The notes: generated from the letters alone by a model not told the origin. Counted from the stretch's first letter, positions 35,005-44,908 are shown. The stretch is 64,000 nt of DNA from Phaeobacter sp. (GCF_022825805.1 NZ_JAJDWC010000066.1:4077-68076); one strand, 5' to 3'. A program made the numbers and translations.

Positions 35005-36288
35005 TCAATACACCAACGAGGGCAACCAAAGCGCCAGCTGCGGCATTGCCAACAACAAGGCCAGCATCACGAACATGGTGACAACAAAGGGGATTGCGCC
35101 TTTGATGACGTCAATCATCGGTCCGCCTTTGCGAATGCCCTGCACCACATAGAGGTTGATCCCAATCGGGGGCGTGATGAGGGCGGTTTCCAACAGGACC
35201 ATCAACAGGATCCCAAACCACACAGGGTCAAAACCGAGGGCCACCACAATCGGAGTGATCAAAGGCGCCATTGTCAGCAGCATCGACAGTGTTTCCATGA
35301 AGCAAACTATCAGGATGAGAACCGCAACGATCATCAGCATGGTCTGCATTGGGCTCCAGCCCAGACCAGTGACAAAATCGGTCAGGGCCTGGGTCAGACC
35401 GATAATGGACAGCACGAAGTTCAAAAATACCGCCGCGATAATGATCAGCATGATCATGGCAGTGGTACGCATGGTTCCTTCGATCGCTTGCCGCATCATG
35501 GTGAGGGACATTTTGCCATTCACCGCCGCCAGCAGCATCGCGGCCACAACCCCCAGAGCGGCGGCTTCGGTTGGTGTCGCAAGCCCGGCATAGATAGACC
35601 CCACCACCACCATGAAGATACCAAGCGGCGGGATCAGCGACGGCAGCGCGCGGATCCGGTCCCCCCACGTGTGACGCAACCGCTCTCCGCCCCATTCCGG
35701 CTTGATCATGCAGGCCACCACAACCGTGGCCATGAACAGCAGTGCCAGCAGGAAGCCGGGCAGGAAACCCGCCAAATAGAGTTCAGGAACCGAGGTGTTG
35801 GTGAGCAGCCCATAAAGGATCAGGTTGATCGATGGCGGGATCAGAATGCCCAGCGTTCCACCCGCTGCGACGGTGCCCAGAAAGAGGCGTTCATTGTATC
35901 CCCGTTTCTTGATCTGGGGCACCGCAACCGTGCCGATAGTGGCAGCCGTGGCCACAGAAGAGCCTGAGGTCGCCGCAAACAGCGCAGATGATCCGATATT
36001 GGAATGCATCAGCCCGCCCGGCAACCAGCCGAGCCACTTCACGATGCCATCATACATGCGTTCGGTGATGCCCGCCCGAAGCAAGATTTCACCCATCATC
36101 ACGAACATCGGGATCGCCACCAGCAAGAAATCGGTGCTGGTCTGCCACGCCATGTCAGAGATCGCCCTATGCAGCGGCATGGGGCTGTCGGTCCATTGCA
36201 GGATCAGGCCAAGCCAGCCAAGCGACGCTGCAATGGGCACCGCCAGCCCGATCAGGGCCAGCAGAATAAGCAGTGTTTTGATCAACAT
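35005..36288 (-). CDS. dctM: TRAP transporter large permease (DctM family)
   Basis: 427 aa polytopic protein with typical DctM composition, adjacent to the DctQ and DctP genes. Confidence 0.9.
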   Translation of the reverse strand: MLIKTLLILLALIGLAVPIAASLGWLGLILQWTDSPMPLHRAISDMAWQTSTDFLLVAIPMFVMMGEILLRAGITERMYDGIVKWLGWLPGGLMHSNIGSSALFAATSGSSVATAATIGTVAVPQIKKRGYNERLFLGTVAAGGTLGILIPPSINLILYGLLTNTSVPELYLAGFLPGFLLALLFMATVVVACMIKPEWGGERLRHTWGDRIRALPSLIPPLGIFMVVVGSIYAGLATPTEAAALGVVAAMLLAAVNGKMSLTMMRQAIEGTMRTTAMIMLIIIAAVFLNFVLSIIGLTQALTDFVTGLGWSPMQTMLMIVAVLILIVCFMETLSMLLTMAPLITPIVVALGFDPVWFGILLMVLLETALITPPIGINLYVVQGIRKGGPMIDVIKGAIPFVVTMFVMLALLLAMPQLALWLPSLVY

Positions 36289-36291
36289 GGC

Positions 36292-36855
36292 TTACACCGC
36301 CTCATCTTCGATTTGCTCATCCAAGGATTTCACGCCAATCAGGTTTTGCACCCCCGCCTCATCGCCCCGCAGATGTTGCCGGATGGCCATGATCGCAATC
36401 AGTGCGCCGGAGAAGACGAAGAAGATCCAGCCGAACAGCCAAGGGATCTGCGGAATTGCCAGCGGGACGCGCATTGGGGTGATCGAGCGCGAGCCATTTT
36501 CCAGCGTATCGCCCACCATGCTCCAGACCATGACGACCACCACCAGGGCAAAACCGCTCAGCAGCAGAAGGCCCAACAGGTTGATATAGGGATGCAGCCG
36601 TTTCGGGATGGTCCCCAGCAGCGCATCGACCCGGATGTGGGCCCGTTCAAACAGCGCAAACGACAGCGCCAGAGATGTGGCCACACCAAAGGCGTAGCCA
36701 GAGAGTTCATCCGCCCCGCCAAGAGACACGTTGAACAGCTTGCGCAAGAACACTTCTAGAGTAACGAGGATGGCGGAGAGCACGATCAATGTGCCACCAA
36801 GCCAGGTCATCCACAGGCTGAAGCGGCGCGCTCCGGTGAAAAGCGTATCTAACAT
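36292..36855 (-). CDS. dctQ: TRAP transporter small permease (DctQ family)
   Basis: 187 aa with 4 TM helices, located between dctP and dctM. Confidence 0.85.
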   Translation of the reverse strand: MLDTLFTGARRFSLWMTWLGGTLIVLSAILVTLEVFLRKLFNVSLGGADELSGYAFGVATSLALSFALFERAHIRVDALLGTIPKRLHPYINLLGLLLLSGFALVVVVMVWSMVGDTLENGSRSITPMRVPLAIPQIPWLFGWIFFVFSGALIAIMAIRQHLRGDEAGVQNLIGVKSLDEQIEDEAV

Positions 36856-36931
36856 TTCGGGGGACCTTTTAGTCTGCTTGTGTGGGGCGGACTGTATGCA
36901 GCCGCCCCACCTGTCTGATGTGATGCGCGTG

Positions 36932-37969
36932 TTATTTTGCTTCGGCGCTCAGACCAAGAATTGGGCCAACCGTCGCGTTCCAATTGTCGGCGCAGTCCTT
37001 CCCGCAGCGTGCTGCCCAGCGGGCCAGAACGACGTCTGTGGCGATCTGATCGCGCACTGCAAGGTCTGCCTTTGTGGGCTCCACCAGCACCATGGACCCT
37101 TGGTCGCCGATCTCACATGCGCCGCCGGTGATGCAGGAAATGGCGACATCATCTTCGGTTGCGGTCTCGGCCCACATGGCATCGGTCAGCGCGGCAAATT
37201 CGGTTTGCAAAAGCGCCTGATCTTCGGCCGACAGGCTGTTCCATTTGTTCATATTCATCGCGCCAAAGGCCAGACCCCAACCAACCCGCAGCGTGTAGGC
37301 GTGGGTTGCGACCTGGTTCCACTTGGCGGTGTAGGCCGACATGGTGCCGGTGATGGCACAATCCACCACGCCTTTTTCCAGCGCCGGGATCACCTCGGAG
37401 AAGGCGACGGTCACCGAGGTGCCGCCAACACCTTCGACAAAATCGCCAAGGGTGGTGGAGTAGACACGGATTTTCTTCCCGTTGAGATCAGCAATGCCGT
37501 TGACCTCACCGTTGCACCAGAGCGTCTGGCTCGGGAAGGGATAGAGCATCAGCAGTTTGGCGTTGTAGATATCGGCAAACGCCGTCTCGAGCGTGTCAAA
37601 ATAGGCGTCGGACACCTGCCGCTGTGTTTCGATGTCTTGCGTCAGGGTCGACAGATCCGCGCCTTCAAAGATGGCATTTTCCGCAGCAACATAGCCCGGC
37701 AGGCCAAAGGCGAAATCGAACACGCCGTTCTTGACCAGGCGCATGATTTCAAAACCTTTCAATCCCAACCCGGATTGCGATTGGATCTTGCCCACGATCT
37801 TGCCGCCCGAGGCCTCATTGAGGCGCTGATTGAAGAAAGGCTCTTCATGTTTTTGATAGTTTGTCAGGCTGGACCACGTGCCGACGGCATTGAGCACGAC
37901 GGGTCCATCCGCCAGCGCTGAGGTGGCCATGAAGGCCAAGGCCCCTAGGGCAGTTGTCACTGTCTTCAT
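36932..37969 (-). CDS. dctP: TRAP transporter substrate-binding protein (DctP family)
   Basis: Signal peptide MKTVTTALGALAFMATSALA. The start at 37969 follows AGGAG. The length and internal motifs are DctP-like. Confidence 0.85.
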   Translation of the reverse strand: MKTVTTALGALAFMATSALADGPVVLNAVGTWSSLTNYQKHEEPFFNQRLNEASGGKIVGKIQSQSGLGLKGFEIMRLVKNGVFDFAFGLPGYVAAENAIFEGADLSTLTQDIETQRQVSDAYFDTLETAFADIYNAKLLMLYPFPSQTLWCNGEVNGIADLNGKKIRVYSTTLGDFVEGVGGTSVTVAFSEVIPALEKGVVDCAITGTMSAYTAKWNQVATHAYTLRVGWGLAFGAMNMNKWNSLSAEDQALLQTEFAALTDAMWAETATEDDVAISCITGGACEIGDQGSMVLVEPTKADLAVRDQIATDVVLARWAARCGKDCADNWNATVGPILGLSAEAK

Positions 37970-37973
37970 TGTC

Positions 37974-38876
37974 TCACTCCTTGTTGGTTTGTTTTTTGTA
38001 TATTGATGTTTCGGCATCTTCGGCGACGTCCGTGATCAGCATGTATCCCGGTGCATGAGTGATGCAGATTGGTGGCCGCGCCGCCTGCAACACATTCTGC
38101 GGGGTGACGCCACAGGCCCAGAACACCGGTATCTCGCCGGGCTGAATGTCCACCGGGTCGCCATAGTCCGGGCGCTGCAGATCCGTGATCCCGATCTGCG
38201 CCGGGTCGCCATAGGCAATCGGAGCCCCATGGGCCTGCGGGAATTTGGCGCTGATGGCTATGGCCTCGTCCAACTGGTGTTCCGGAATGGGGCGCATGGA
38301 CACCACCATCTGGCCCGCAAAATCGCCCGCCGGTTCCAGATCCAAACTGGTTCTGTACATGGGAACATTGCCGCCGGTCTCAATGTGGCGCACCGGAATG
38401 CCCGCCCGTACGAGAGCCGTTTCAAACGTGAACGAACACCCCAGCGCAATGGTGACCATCTGGTCATTCCATAGATCAGAGATATCAGTGACCTCGGCTG
38501 TCAACTGGCCATCGCGAAACACCCGGTATCTGGCAACGTCGCTGCGCACATCGATGTCCTCGCCCAGGGTCGGCAGCATCGGATCGCCTGTATCGCTGAC
38601 CCCGACCACGGGGCAGGGCTTCGGATTGCGCTGGCAGAAGCGCAGGAAATCAAGCGCGTAGACCTCGGGCAGAATGGCAAGGTTGCATTGCAGCTTGCCC
38701 GCGGCCAACCCTGCTGTTGGGGCATCATGCGCGCCGATACGGATCCGTTTGCGGATCGCGCCGCTCGACAGACCTGCGGCCTCAGATACAGGACCTGCTA
38801 CTGGGTTGGACACTGGGCCTGATACCGGGCCAGATACTGGGTCTGCCGTTTTCGCTGTGTTTACGTGCCGTGCCAT
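37974..38876 (-). CDS. putative hydro-lyase (DUF1445/UPF0317, D-glutamate cyclase-like)
   Basis: PTAGLAAGKLQCNLAILPEVYALDFLRFCQRNPKPCPV is the family hallmark. There is an N-terminal extension of about 30 aa with PVSGPVSGPVSNPVAGPVS repeats. Confidence 0.75.
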   Translation of the reverse strand: MARHVNTAKTADPVSGPVSGPVSNPVAGPVSEAAGLSSGAIRKRIRIGAHDAPTAGLAAGKLQCNLAILPEVYALDFLRFCQRNPKPCPVVGVSDTGDPMLPTLGEDIDVRSDVARYRVFRDGQLTAEVTDISDLWNDQMVTIALGCSFTFETALVRAGIPVRHIETGGNVPMYRTSLDLEPAGDFAGQMVVSMRPIPEHQLDEAIAISAKFPQAHGAPIAYGDPAQIGITDLQRPDYGDPVDIQPGEIPVFWACGVTPQNVLQAARPPICITHAPGYMLITDVAEDAETSIYKKQTNKE

Positions 38877-38968
38877 GCTGAACCCTCGTGTGACGGCTCA
38901 AGCATCACACAGGTTGCTGCATTCAATCAAATTATCATTTTCTATCACTGGTGATAAGAAACCTGAAA

Positions 38969-39847
38969 CTAACAGCGCTGGGTCTGGTGCCATTCTTGGG
39001 CGATATCACGCGCGATTTCGGCGCCGGTTTCCACAAGAACGCTGCGAGGCTCGGCCAGATAAGAGGCGGTGAACTCGAGCGGGGGCAACATAAATCCGGG
39101 CGAAAACTCCTCAATTTCATCAGCGCTCAGATGATGCGCGGCCAGAACGCGCGGGTAAGGTCCCACGGCAATTCCTGCTGCGATCATTTTCAGGCTGGCC
39201 GACAGCGACGCCGAGCAAAACACCCGCGATTTTGGCCCTACCCGCCGCGCCAGCTCCGAGGTCAGCTCACGGTAGGGGCGGGTTTGCTTGGAATAGGAAA
39301 TGATGGGGATTGTGGACAGATCAACTGCGCCAAGCTGTTTGGATTTATACCAATGAATATCAAATTTTGGCAGTTCCACGTTCTTGACCGAGTATTCCGA
39401 AACTGGCCCCATCAGAAAGGCTAGGTCCAGCTGCCGCTCCAGGATCGCCGCCCGCAAATTCATGGAAATATCAACGGTGAGATCAATATTGACCCGCGGG
39501 TAGCTGACGTTGAACGCCTGCAGAAACGACGGCAGCCATGCTTGCGCGATGGTCTCTGACGCGCCGATGCGAAACAACCCCTCGGTCTCCGCAGGGTTGG
39601 CAACGCGATGTTTGATCTCTTCTTCCACATACAGCAGCTGTTCGGCATAGCCCAACAACTGTTGTCCCTGTTTGGTCAGCAGCAGACCACCCGGGCCGCG
39701 ATCAAATAGTTTGGTGTCCAGTTCATCTTCGAGCGTGGCAATCCGGGTGGACACCGCAGGCTGAGACAGGTGCAATCGATCAGAGGCCTTGCGAAAGCCA
39801 CCAAGCCGGGCGACCCAGAGAAATGTGCGCAATTGTTCAAACGTCAT
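38969..39847 (-). CDS. LysR-family transcriptional regulator
   Basis: N-terminal HTH MTFEQLRTFLWVARLGGFRKASDRLHLSQPAVSTRIATLE followed by a LysR substrate-binding region. Confidence 0.9.
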   Translation of the reverse strand: MTFEQLRTFLWVARLGGFRKASDRLHLSQPAVSTRIATLEDELDTKLFDRGPGGLLLTKQGQQLLGYAEQLLYVEEEIKHRVANPAETEGLFRIGASETIAQAWLPSFLQAFNVSYPRVNIDLTVDISMNLRAAILERQLDLAFLMGPVSEYSVKNVELPKFDIHWYKSKQLGAVDLSTIPIISYSKQTRPYRELTSELARRVGPKSRVFCSASLSASLKMIAAGIAVGPYPRVLAAHHLSADEIEEFSPGFMLPPLEFTASYLAEPRSVLVETGAEIARDIAQEWHQTQRC

Positions 39848-40050
39848 GGCTATTCACACCATTGATCACAGAGCGCCGCAATTGATTTATATCGTTGGAT
39901 CGTGCGCAGGTCCGAGCTTTACCGCAGTGTCCGCCCCATCGTCGCATCCATATTGGATTTGTGGGCCCCATCGCAATGCACTGTTATATTGAGGTTTTTA
40001 GGAGCGGGGGCTCGGCTCAATCCGGATCTTGGGCGAGCTGCGATACGGTG

Positions 40051-40950
40051 TTATCGCAGTGCTATACTGTCCCGGAGGTGGTCCATGAACAATCGCAGCG
40101 GCATCATGGTGCGGTATTCGCGGGGGAAATAGACGTAGATGCCTGGGGTTTCGGAAAGGTGGCTTTCCAGCACTGGCACCAGTGTCTGAGCCGCAATATC
40201 CGGCGCCACATACTCGCGGAACGTATAGGCGAGCCCCAACCCTTGCCGGGCCAGATCAACGGAGGCGGGCAGGGTGTTGTTGATCAGGTTCCCGCGCACA
40301 TCGACCGAATAGGCACCCTCGGTGCCCTGAAATTCCCACGGTGCGATGCGCCCGGAGGAATGAAAGCGATAGCGGATGCAGTTGTGCTCCAGCAGCGCGC
40401 GCGGGGTTTGCGGCGTCCCGTATTGGGCCAGATACGCCGGGCTGCCCACCACAGCCAGAGGCATCGGCGGGGTCAGGCGTATCGCAACCATGTCCTGCGC
40501 GATCTTGTCACCGATCCGAAAGCCTGCGTGCAGTCCTTCGTCAACCAGATCGGTCAGCGCGTCGCTGATCGAAAACTCCAGCTCGATCTCCGGATAGGCG
40601 GCGCAGAACGCAGGAAGGGCCGGACTGATGAACAGGTCATAGACGTGATCCGCCATCGCCAGTTTCAGACTGCCCCGTGCCGCGTGGCCGCTGGTGCGCG
40701 CACTTTCCACCGCGTCGCTCAACTGGTCAAAGGCAGGACCTGCGCCCCGGATCAGGGCACGGCCTGCCTCAGTCAGGCTGACGGAGCGTGTGGTGCGGAT
40801 GAACAGCGCCGTTTCCAGCTGATCTTCGAGGGTTTTCAATTGATGGCTGACGGTCGAGGGTTTCAGGCCAAGCGCGTCTGCGGCGGCCCGTAGGCTGCCG
40901 TGGCGGGCAATGGCGGTGAACACTTCGAGCGTGGCGAGGGGCAGGCGCAT
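40051..40950 (-). CDS. LysR-family transcriptional regulator
   Basis: LEVFTAIARHGSLRAAADALGLKPSTVSHQLKTLE. Divergent from the hydrolase gene. Confidence 0.9.
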   Translation of the reverse strand: MRLPLATLEVFTAIARHGSLRAAADALGLKPSTVSHQLKTLEDQLETALFIRTTRSVSLTEAGRALIRGAGPAFDQLSDAVESARTSGHAARGSLKLAMADHVYDLFISPALPAFCAAYPEIELEFSISDALTDLVDEGLHAGFRIGDKIAQDMVAIRLTPPMPLAVVGSPAYLAQYGTPQTPRALLEHNCIRYRFHSSGRIAPWEFQGTEGAYSVDVRGNLINNTLPASVDLARQGLGLAYTFREYVAPDIAAQTLVPVLESHLSETPGIYVYFPREYRTMMPLRLFMDHLRDSIALR

Positions 40951-41078
40951 TGGGGCTCCTTTGGTATCATTGTTAGATACTATACATGAAAGAAGTGAAA
41001 AGAAGGGGAATTATCAAAAATCGGGTGGAGCCATAGGTTCCTGTCATCACAGCAACGCTGATCCGAAAGGACCACCCA

Positions 41079-41984
41079 ATGACCCTCATCAATCTGCAAA
41101 ACACCCCCACCCGCAAAGGGGTGAGTGAACGCGCTGTGTCCTTTGACAGCAACGGTACGACGTTGAAGGGCTGCCTTTACACGCCAGAGGATGCCAAAGC
41201 TCCGCTGCCCGCGGTGATCGTCACCGGCGCCTGGACGACGGTAAAGGAACAGATGGCCGGCACCTACGCGCGTGAGCTGGCCGCGCGGGGCTTTGCCGCA
41301 TTGGCCTTTGACTTCACCGGTTGGGGCGAAAGCGACGGTGCACCGCGGTATGTTGAAGATCCGGTTGTCAAAACCGCCGACATCCAGTCCGCTGCCCGCT
41401 TTCTGGCCTCGCTGGAGGATGTTGACAGCGCCCACATCTCAGGCCTCGGGATCTGCGCCTCCTCGGGCTACATGGCCGCAGCCGTTGCCGACAGCGAGAC
41501 CTTGCGGAATGTCGCGCTGGTCGCACCCTGGCTGCATGACGCAGCGATGGCCGAGAGCATCTACGGTGGTGCTGAGATGGCGGCCTCTCTGATTGCCGCG
41601 TCCGAAGCCGACGGCGCTGCCGAAACCGTCCTGCTGGGCGCATCCACCACCGACGAAAACGCGGTCATGTATCAGGCCCCATATTACACCGAGGAACAGC
41701 GCGGCCTGATCCCCGCCTACGACAACAAGTTCTCGGCGGCCTCGTGGAAACCCTGGCTGACCTATGACGCCCAGGCCAGCGCCGACCGGCTGAGCAAACC
41801 GATGCTGATGGTCGGCTCGCCCGCGATCGCGCTGCCCGCTGGGGCCGCCGCCTATGAGGCCCGCACCAACGCCCCGCTGGAAAAGCTGTGGTTGGGCGAG
41901 GATGTAACCCAATTCGACTTTTACGACCGCAAAGACGCGGTAACCGCCGCCGCCGATGCCGTGGCCGATTTTCTCAACGCTTGA
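41079..41984 (+). CDS. alpha/beta hydrolase
   Basis: 301 aa with nucleophile elbow GLGICASSGY (G-x-C/S-x-G context). GAAAGGA precedes the ATG. Confidence 0.7.
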   Translation: MTLINLQNTPTRKGVSERAVSFDSNGTTLKGCLYTPEDAKAPLPAVIVTGAWTTVKEQMAGTYARELAARGFAALAFDFTGWGESDGAPRYVEDPVVKTADIQSAARFLASLEDVDSAHISGLGICASSGYMAAAVADSETLRNVALVAPWLHDAAMAESIYGGAEMAASLIAASEADGAAETVLLGASTTDENAVMYQAPYYTEEQRGLIPAYDNKFSAASWKPWLTYDAQASADRLSKPMLMVGSPAIALPAGAAAYEARTNAPLEKLWLGEDVTQFDFYDRKDAVTAAADAVADFLNA

Positions 41985-41995
41985 AAGGACGGATC

Positions 41996-42484
41996 ATGAA
42001 AACGCTGATCGCCACCACACTTGCAGCCACCTTCGCTGCCGCCATGGCCATGGCGGCTTCCCCCGAGGACAACATCAAAGTCGTGCAGGACTTCTTCGCA
42101 GCCTACGGCGCGAATGATCTCGACGGCATCGCCGCGGTTATGGATGAAGACGTGCAATGGCACATTCCCGGCCGTCATCCGCTGTCTGGGACCAAGACTG
42201 GCCGCGATGAGGTCTTGGCCTTTTTCGGCCAATTGGGCGTGGCGGGTTTCAAGGCCGAGCCGATCTACTTCGGCGCGGATGACACCCATGTGATCGACAT
42301 CCACCGCGGCTGGTCCAATGCCGATGGCAAGCCCAACGTCGATACGATCTGGGCGCTGGTCTACCGCATCGAGGATGGCAAGATCGTTGAGGCCACCAAT
42401 CTCAGCGCCGATCAGGACGCGGCCAATACATTCTTCTGGTCGCAATACGATCTGGCCCCAGTGCCCGACCGTCTGGCCAAGTAA
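41996..42484 (+). CDS. secreted NTF2/SnoaL-like protein
   Basis: Signal peptide MKTLIATTLAATFAAAMAMA, then VVQDFFAAYGANDLDGIAAVMDEDVQWHIPG, typical of SnoaL-like domains. Confidence 0.7.
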   Translation: MKTLIATTLAATFAAAMAMAASPEDNIKVVQDFFAAYGANDLDGIAAVMDEDVQWHIPGRHPLSGTKTGRDEVLAFFGQLGVAGFKAEPIYFGADDTHVIDIHRGWSNADGKPNVDTIWALVYRIEDGKIVEATNLSADQDAANTFFWSQYDLAPVPDRLAK

Positions 42485-42521
42485 TGCCGCCGGACACGCC
42501 TCAGATACTGGAGAAACCGAC

Positions 42522-43028
42522 ATGACCAGAACTCTACTCGCCACATTTGCAGCCGCAACCTTGATGGGAGGTGTGGCCTTGGCCGACCAGACCGAAATCA
42601 CCAGAACACTCACCGATATCGCCGCCGGGGCAGACCGGCAGGATTGGACCCGTGTACGCGGCGCTTTTGCGGACACAGTCACAACCGATTACACCAGTCT
42701 TTGGGGCGGTGCCCCTGTCGTTCAGTCGGCAGATGATTTGGTGGCCAGCTGGGCAGGCTTTCTGCCAGGCTTTGACAGCACGCATCACATGGTGACCAAC
42801 CATTCTGTCACGCAGCTGTCGGAGACCAGCGCCATGGCGGAGGCAGATTTCACTGCCACCCACCGGATTGACGACGACCTTTGGGTTCTGGGCGGGCGCT
42901 ACAGCTATGCGCTGACCAAGTCGGGGGCGCAGTGGCAGGTCACGTCACTGACCATGACCGCGCTGTGGGAAACGGGCGACCGCAACCTGACAGCCATCGC
43001 CGCAGAACGCGGCGCGACCGCTGACTAA
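42522..43028 (+). CDS. secreted NTF2/SnoaL-like protein
   Basis: Signal peptide MTRTLLATFAAATLMGGVALA. DWTRVRGAFADTVTTDYTSLWGG...HHMVTNHSV resembles SnoaL_4-type proteins. Confidence 0.6.
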   Translation: MTRTLLATFAAATLMGGVALADQTEITRTLTDIAAGADRQDWTRVRGAFADTVTTDYTSLWGGAPVVQSADDLVASWAGFLPGFDSTHHMVTNHSVTQLSETSAMAEADFTATHRIDDDLWVLGGRYSYALTKSGAQWQVTSLTMTALWETGDRNLTAIAAERGATAD

Positions 43029-43090
43029 GGCCGCCCCTGGTGAAACGCCCGCGTATCACCAGGGTTCTTTCCTCATTGGACAGACGACAC

Positions 43091-43480
43091 ATGACCTTCA
43101 CAGATATCCCGGCCTTCATCGCCGACTGATTCGCGCGGTTCGACAGGCTTGACCCCATTGACGCCTTTTTGCCGGACCTGCACCCGCAGGTGACATGGGA
43201 CATGCCCGACGTCGATCTGTCCCTGAGCGGTCACGCGCGGGTCCGCGCTTGGTATGATGGCATTCTGGAGATCTTCCAGCGCCCGACCGAACACCATGTC
43301 AGCAACATCCGCGTCAGCGACGGCACAGCCTCCTTTGAGGTGCTGCTGCGTGCCCGGACCTTTGATGGGCAGTTGATCGAGGCTCGGGTGCGCGAGGACT
43401 GGCGCTTCGACATCCGGCCCGATGGCCGCCCTCTGATCACCCATTATTCCGCACAAACACTTGAAGAGGCACACACATGA
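43091..43480 (+). pseudogene. NTF2-like gene interrupted by an in-frame TGA (codon 13)
   Basis: The ATG at 43091 gives MTFTDIPAFIAD-TGA-FARFDRLDPIDAFLPDLHPQVTWDMPD..., in the same frame as track ORF 43169-43480. The stop overlaps the start of the next gene (ATGA). Confidence 0.5.
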
Positions 43481-44079
43481 AAACCCTCGTCCTGACCGCC
43501 CACCCAGATTTGGGCAAATCCCGCATCAACCGCGCCTGGTTTGATGCGCTCACACAGGCTGACAGCGTGACCACACGCGACCTTACGGCCATTGGCGGCT
43601 CCGAGATGCGGTTTGATATCTCTGCGGAGCAGACCCTGCTGCAGGCTCACGACCGGATCGTGTTCCAGTTCCCATTCTACTGGTACTCCGCCCCGCCGGT
43701 TATGAAAGCCTGGATGGATCAGGTGCTTAGTTATGGTTTTGCCTATGGCCCCGGCGGCACCAGGCTGAAGGGGCGCGAGTTCCTGATCCTGGTGTCAACG
43801 GGCGGACCTGCCGACAGTTACCATGCCGGTGGCTACAACAACTTCTCGATGGACGAGCTGTTGAAACCTTTCCAGCAGACTGCGACGCTGACCGGCATGA
43901 CCTACCTGCGGCCTTTCGTGGCCCATGGCATGGCGGTCGCAACGGTGGAGCAGATCGATGCCACAGTATCGGATATGCTGGCCCATTTGACCGACGCTGA
44001 GCTTGATCCCAAGATCAAACAGGCCCGCCTTCTGAAGGCACTGGAGGATGATCCTGTCAAGGCGGCGGCGGTCAGCTGA
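43477..44079 (+). CDS. NAD(P)H dehydrogenase (quinone), flavodoxin-like fold
   Basis: MKTLVLTAHPDLGKSRINRAW...FQFPFYWYSAPPVMKAWMDQV, typical of the KefF/MdaB/YrkL-type flavodoxin_2 family. Confidence 0.8.
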   Translation: MKTLVLTAHPDLGKSRINRAWFDALTQADSVTTRDLTAIGGSEMRFDISAEQTLLQAHDRIVFQFPFYWYSAPPVMKAWMDQVLSYGFAYGPGGTRLKGREFLILVSTGGPADSYHAGGYNNFSMDELLKPFQQTATLTGMTYLRPFVAHGMAVATVEQIDATVSDMLAHLTDAELDPKIKQARLLKALEDDPVKAAAVS

Positions 44080-44908
44080 TCGCCATGAAGTCGATCAGCT
44101 TGCGGACGCGGGCGGGCAGGAGGCGGCGGCTGGGATAAACCGCGAACATATCGCGGGACGTGGGCTGGGCATCAGCGACGCTCACCTCCCGCAAGCCATC
44201 TGCCACCATGTCACGTGGTAGAATGGCGATCCCCATGCCCCTGCGCGCCGCGCCTGCCACCATGTCGAGCGTGTCAAACTCATGCGTGATGTTATGGGGT
44301 TTGATTTGGGCACCGGATTGCATCAGCCAGGGCTGGCGCGACACCAGTGCGGGCAGCGCCAGCAGGTGATCCAGTGCGATCGGCCCGTCGATGCCCTGCG
44401 CATCAATGAAGCTGTCACTGGCGCAAAAGCTGTAGGTCAGGGTCCAAAGCTTGCGTGCAACCAGCCCAGATTCCTGCAAAGGGCCAACACGGAAGGCGAG
44501 ATCGACGTTGTCGCGGAAGAAATCCAGAATGGTGTTCGAGGTGGTCAGGTCGATCCTGATGTCCGGGTTTTCGGCTGCGAAGTCCAGCAACAGCGGCCCG
44601 ATCCGGTCCTGTACCGCCATCGGGGGGGCAGTGATGCGGATCGTATGGCGGGTGGTATCCTCGGTCAATCCGGCCACGCTCTGAAGCGCTTCGATCGGGT
44701 CCTGGCACAGATCCAGCAGGCGACGCCCTTCTTCAGTCAGGCGGACCTGACGGGTGGTGCGTTCGAACAGTTTCACGCCCAGATGATCCTCCAGCTCCGC
44801 AATGCGGCGGCTGGCACGAGACAGGGGAATGCCGATCCGGGCGGCGGCCTCAGAGAAGTTGAGATGCCGGGCAACGGCGGTGAAGAGGGCGAGGTCGTTG
44901 TATATCAT
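44072..44908 (-). CDS. LysR-family transcriptional regulator
   Basis: MIYNDLALFTAVARHLNFSEAAARIGIPLSRASRRIAELE. Divergent from the qor-like gene. Confidence 0.9.
   Translation of the reverse strand: MIYNDLALFTAVARHLNFSEAAARIGIPLSRASRRIAELEDHLGVKLFERTTRQVRLTEEGRRLLDLCQDPIEALQSVAGLTEDTTRHTIRITAPPMAVQDRIGPLLLDFAAENPDIRIDLTTSNTILDFFRDNVDLAFRVGPLQESGLVARKLWTLTYSFCASDSFIDAQGIDGPIALDHLLALPALVSRQPWLMQSGAQIKPHNITHEFDTLDMVAGAARRGMGIAILPRDMVADGLREVSVADAQPTSRDMFAVYPSRRLLPARVRKLIDFMAIS

Noticed and set aside
43127-43129. The in-frame TGA as a selenocysteine codon
   Set aside because: There is no obvious SECIS-like hairpin immediately downstream. The position is in a hydrophobic helix where Trp fits, and NTF2-like proteins are not known selenoproteins.
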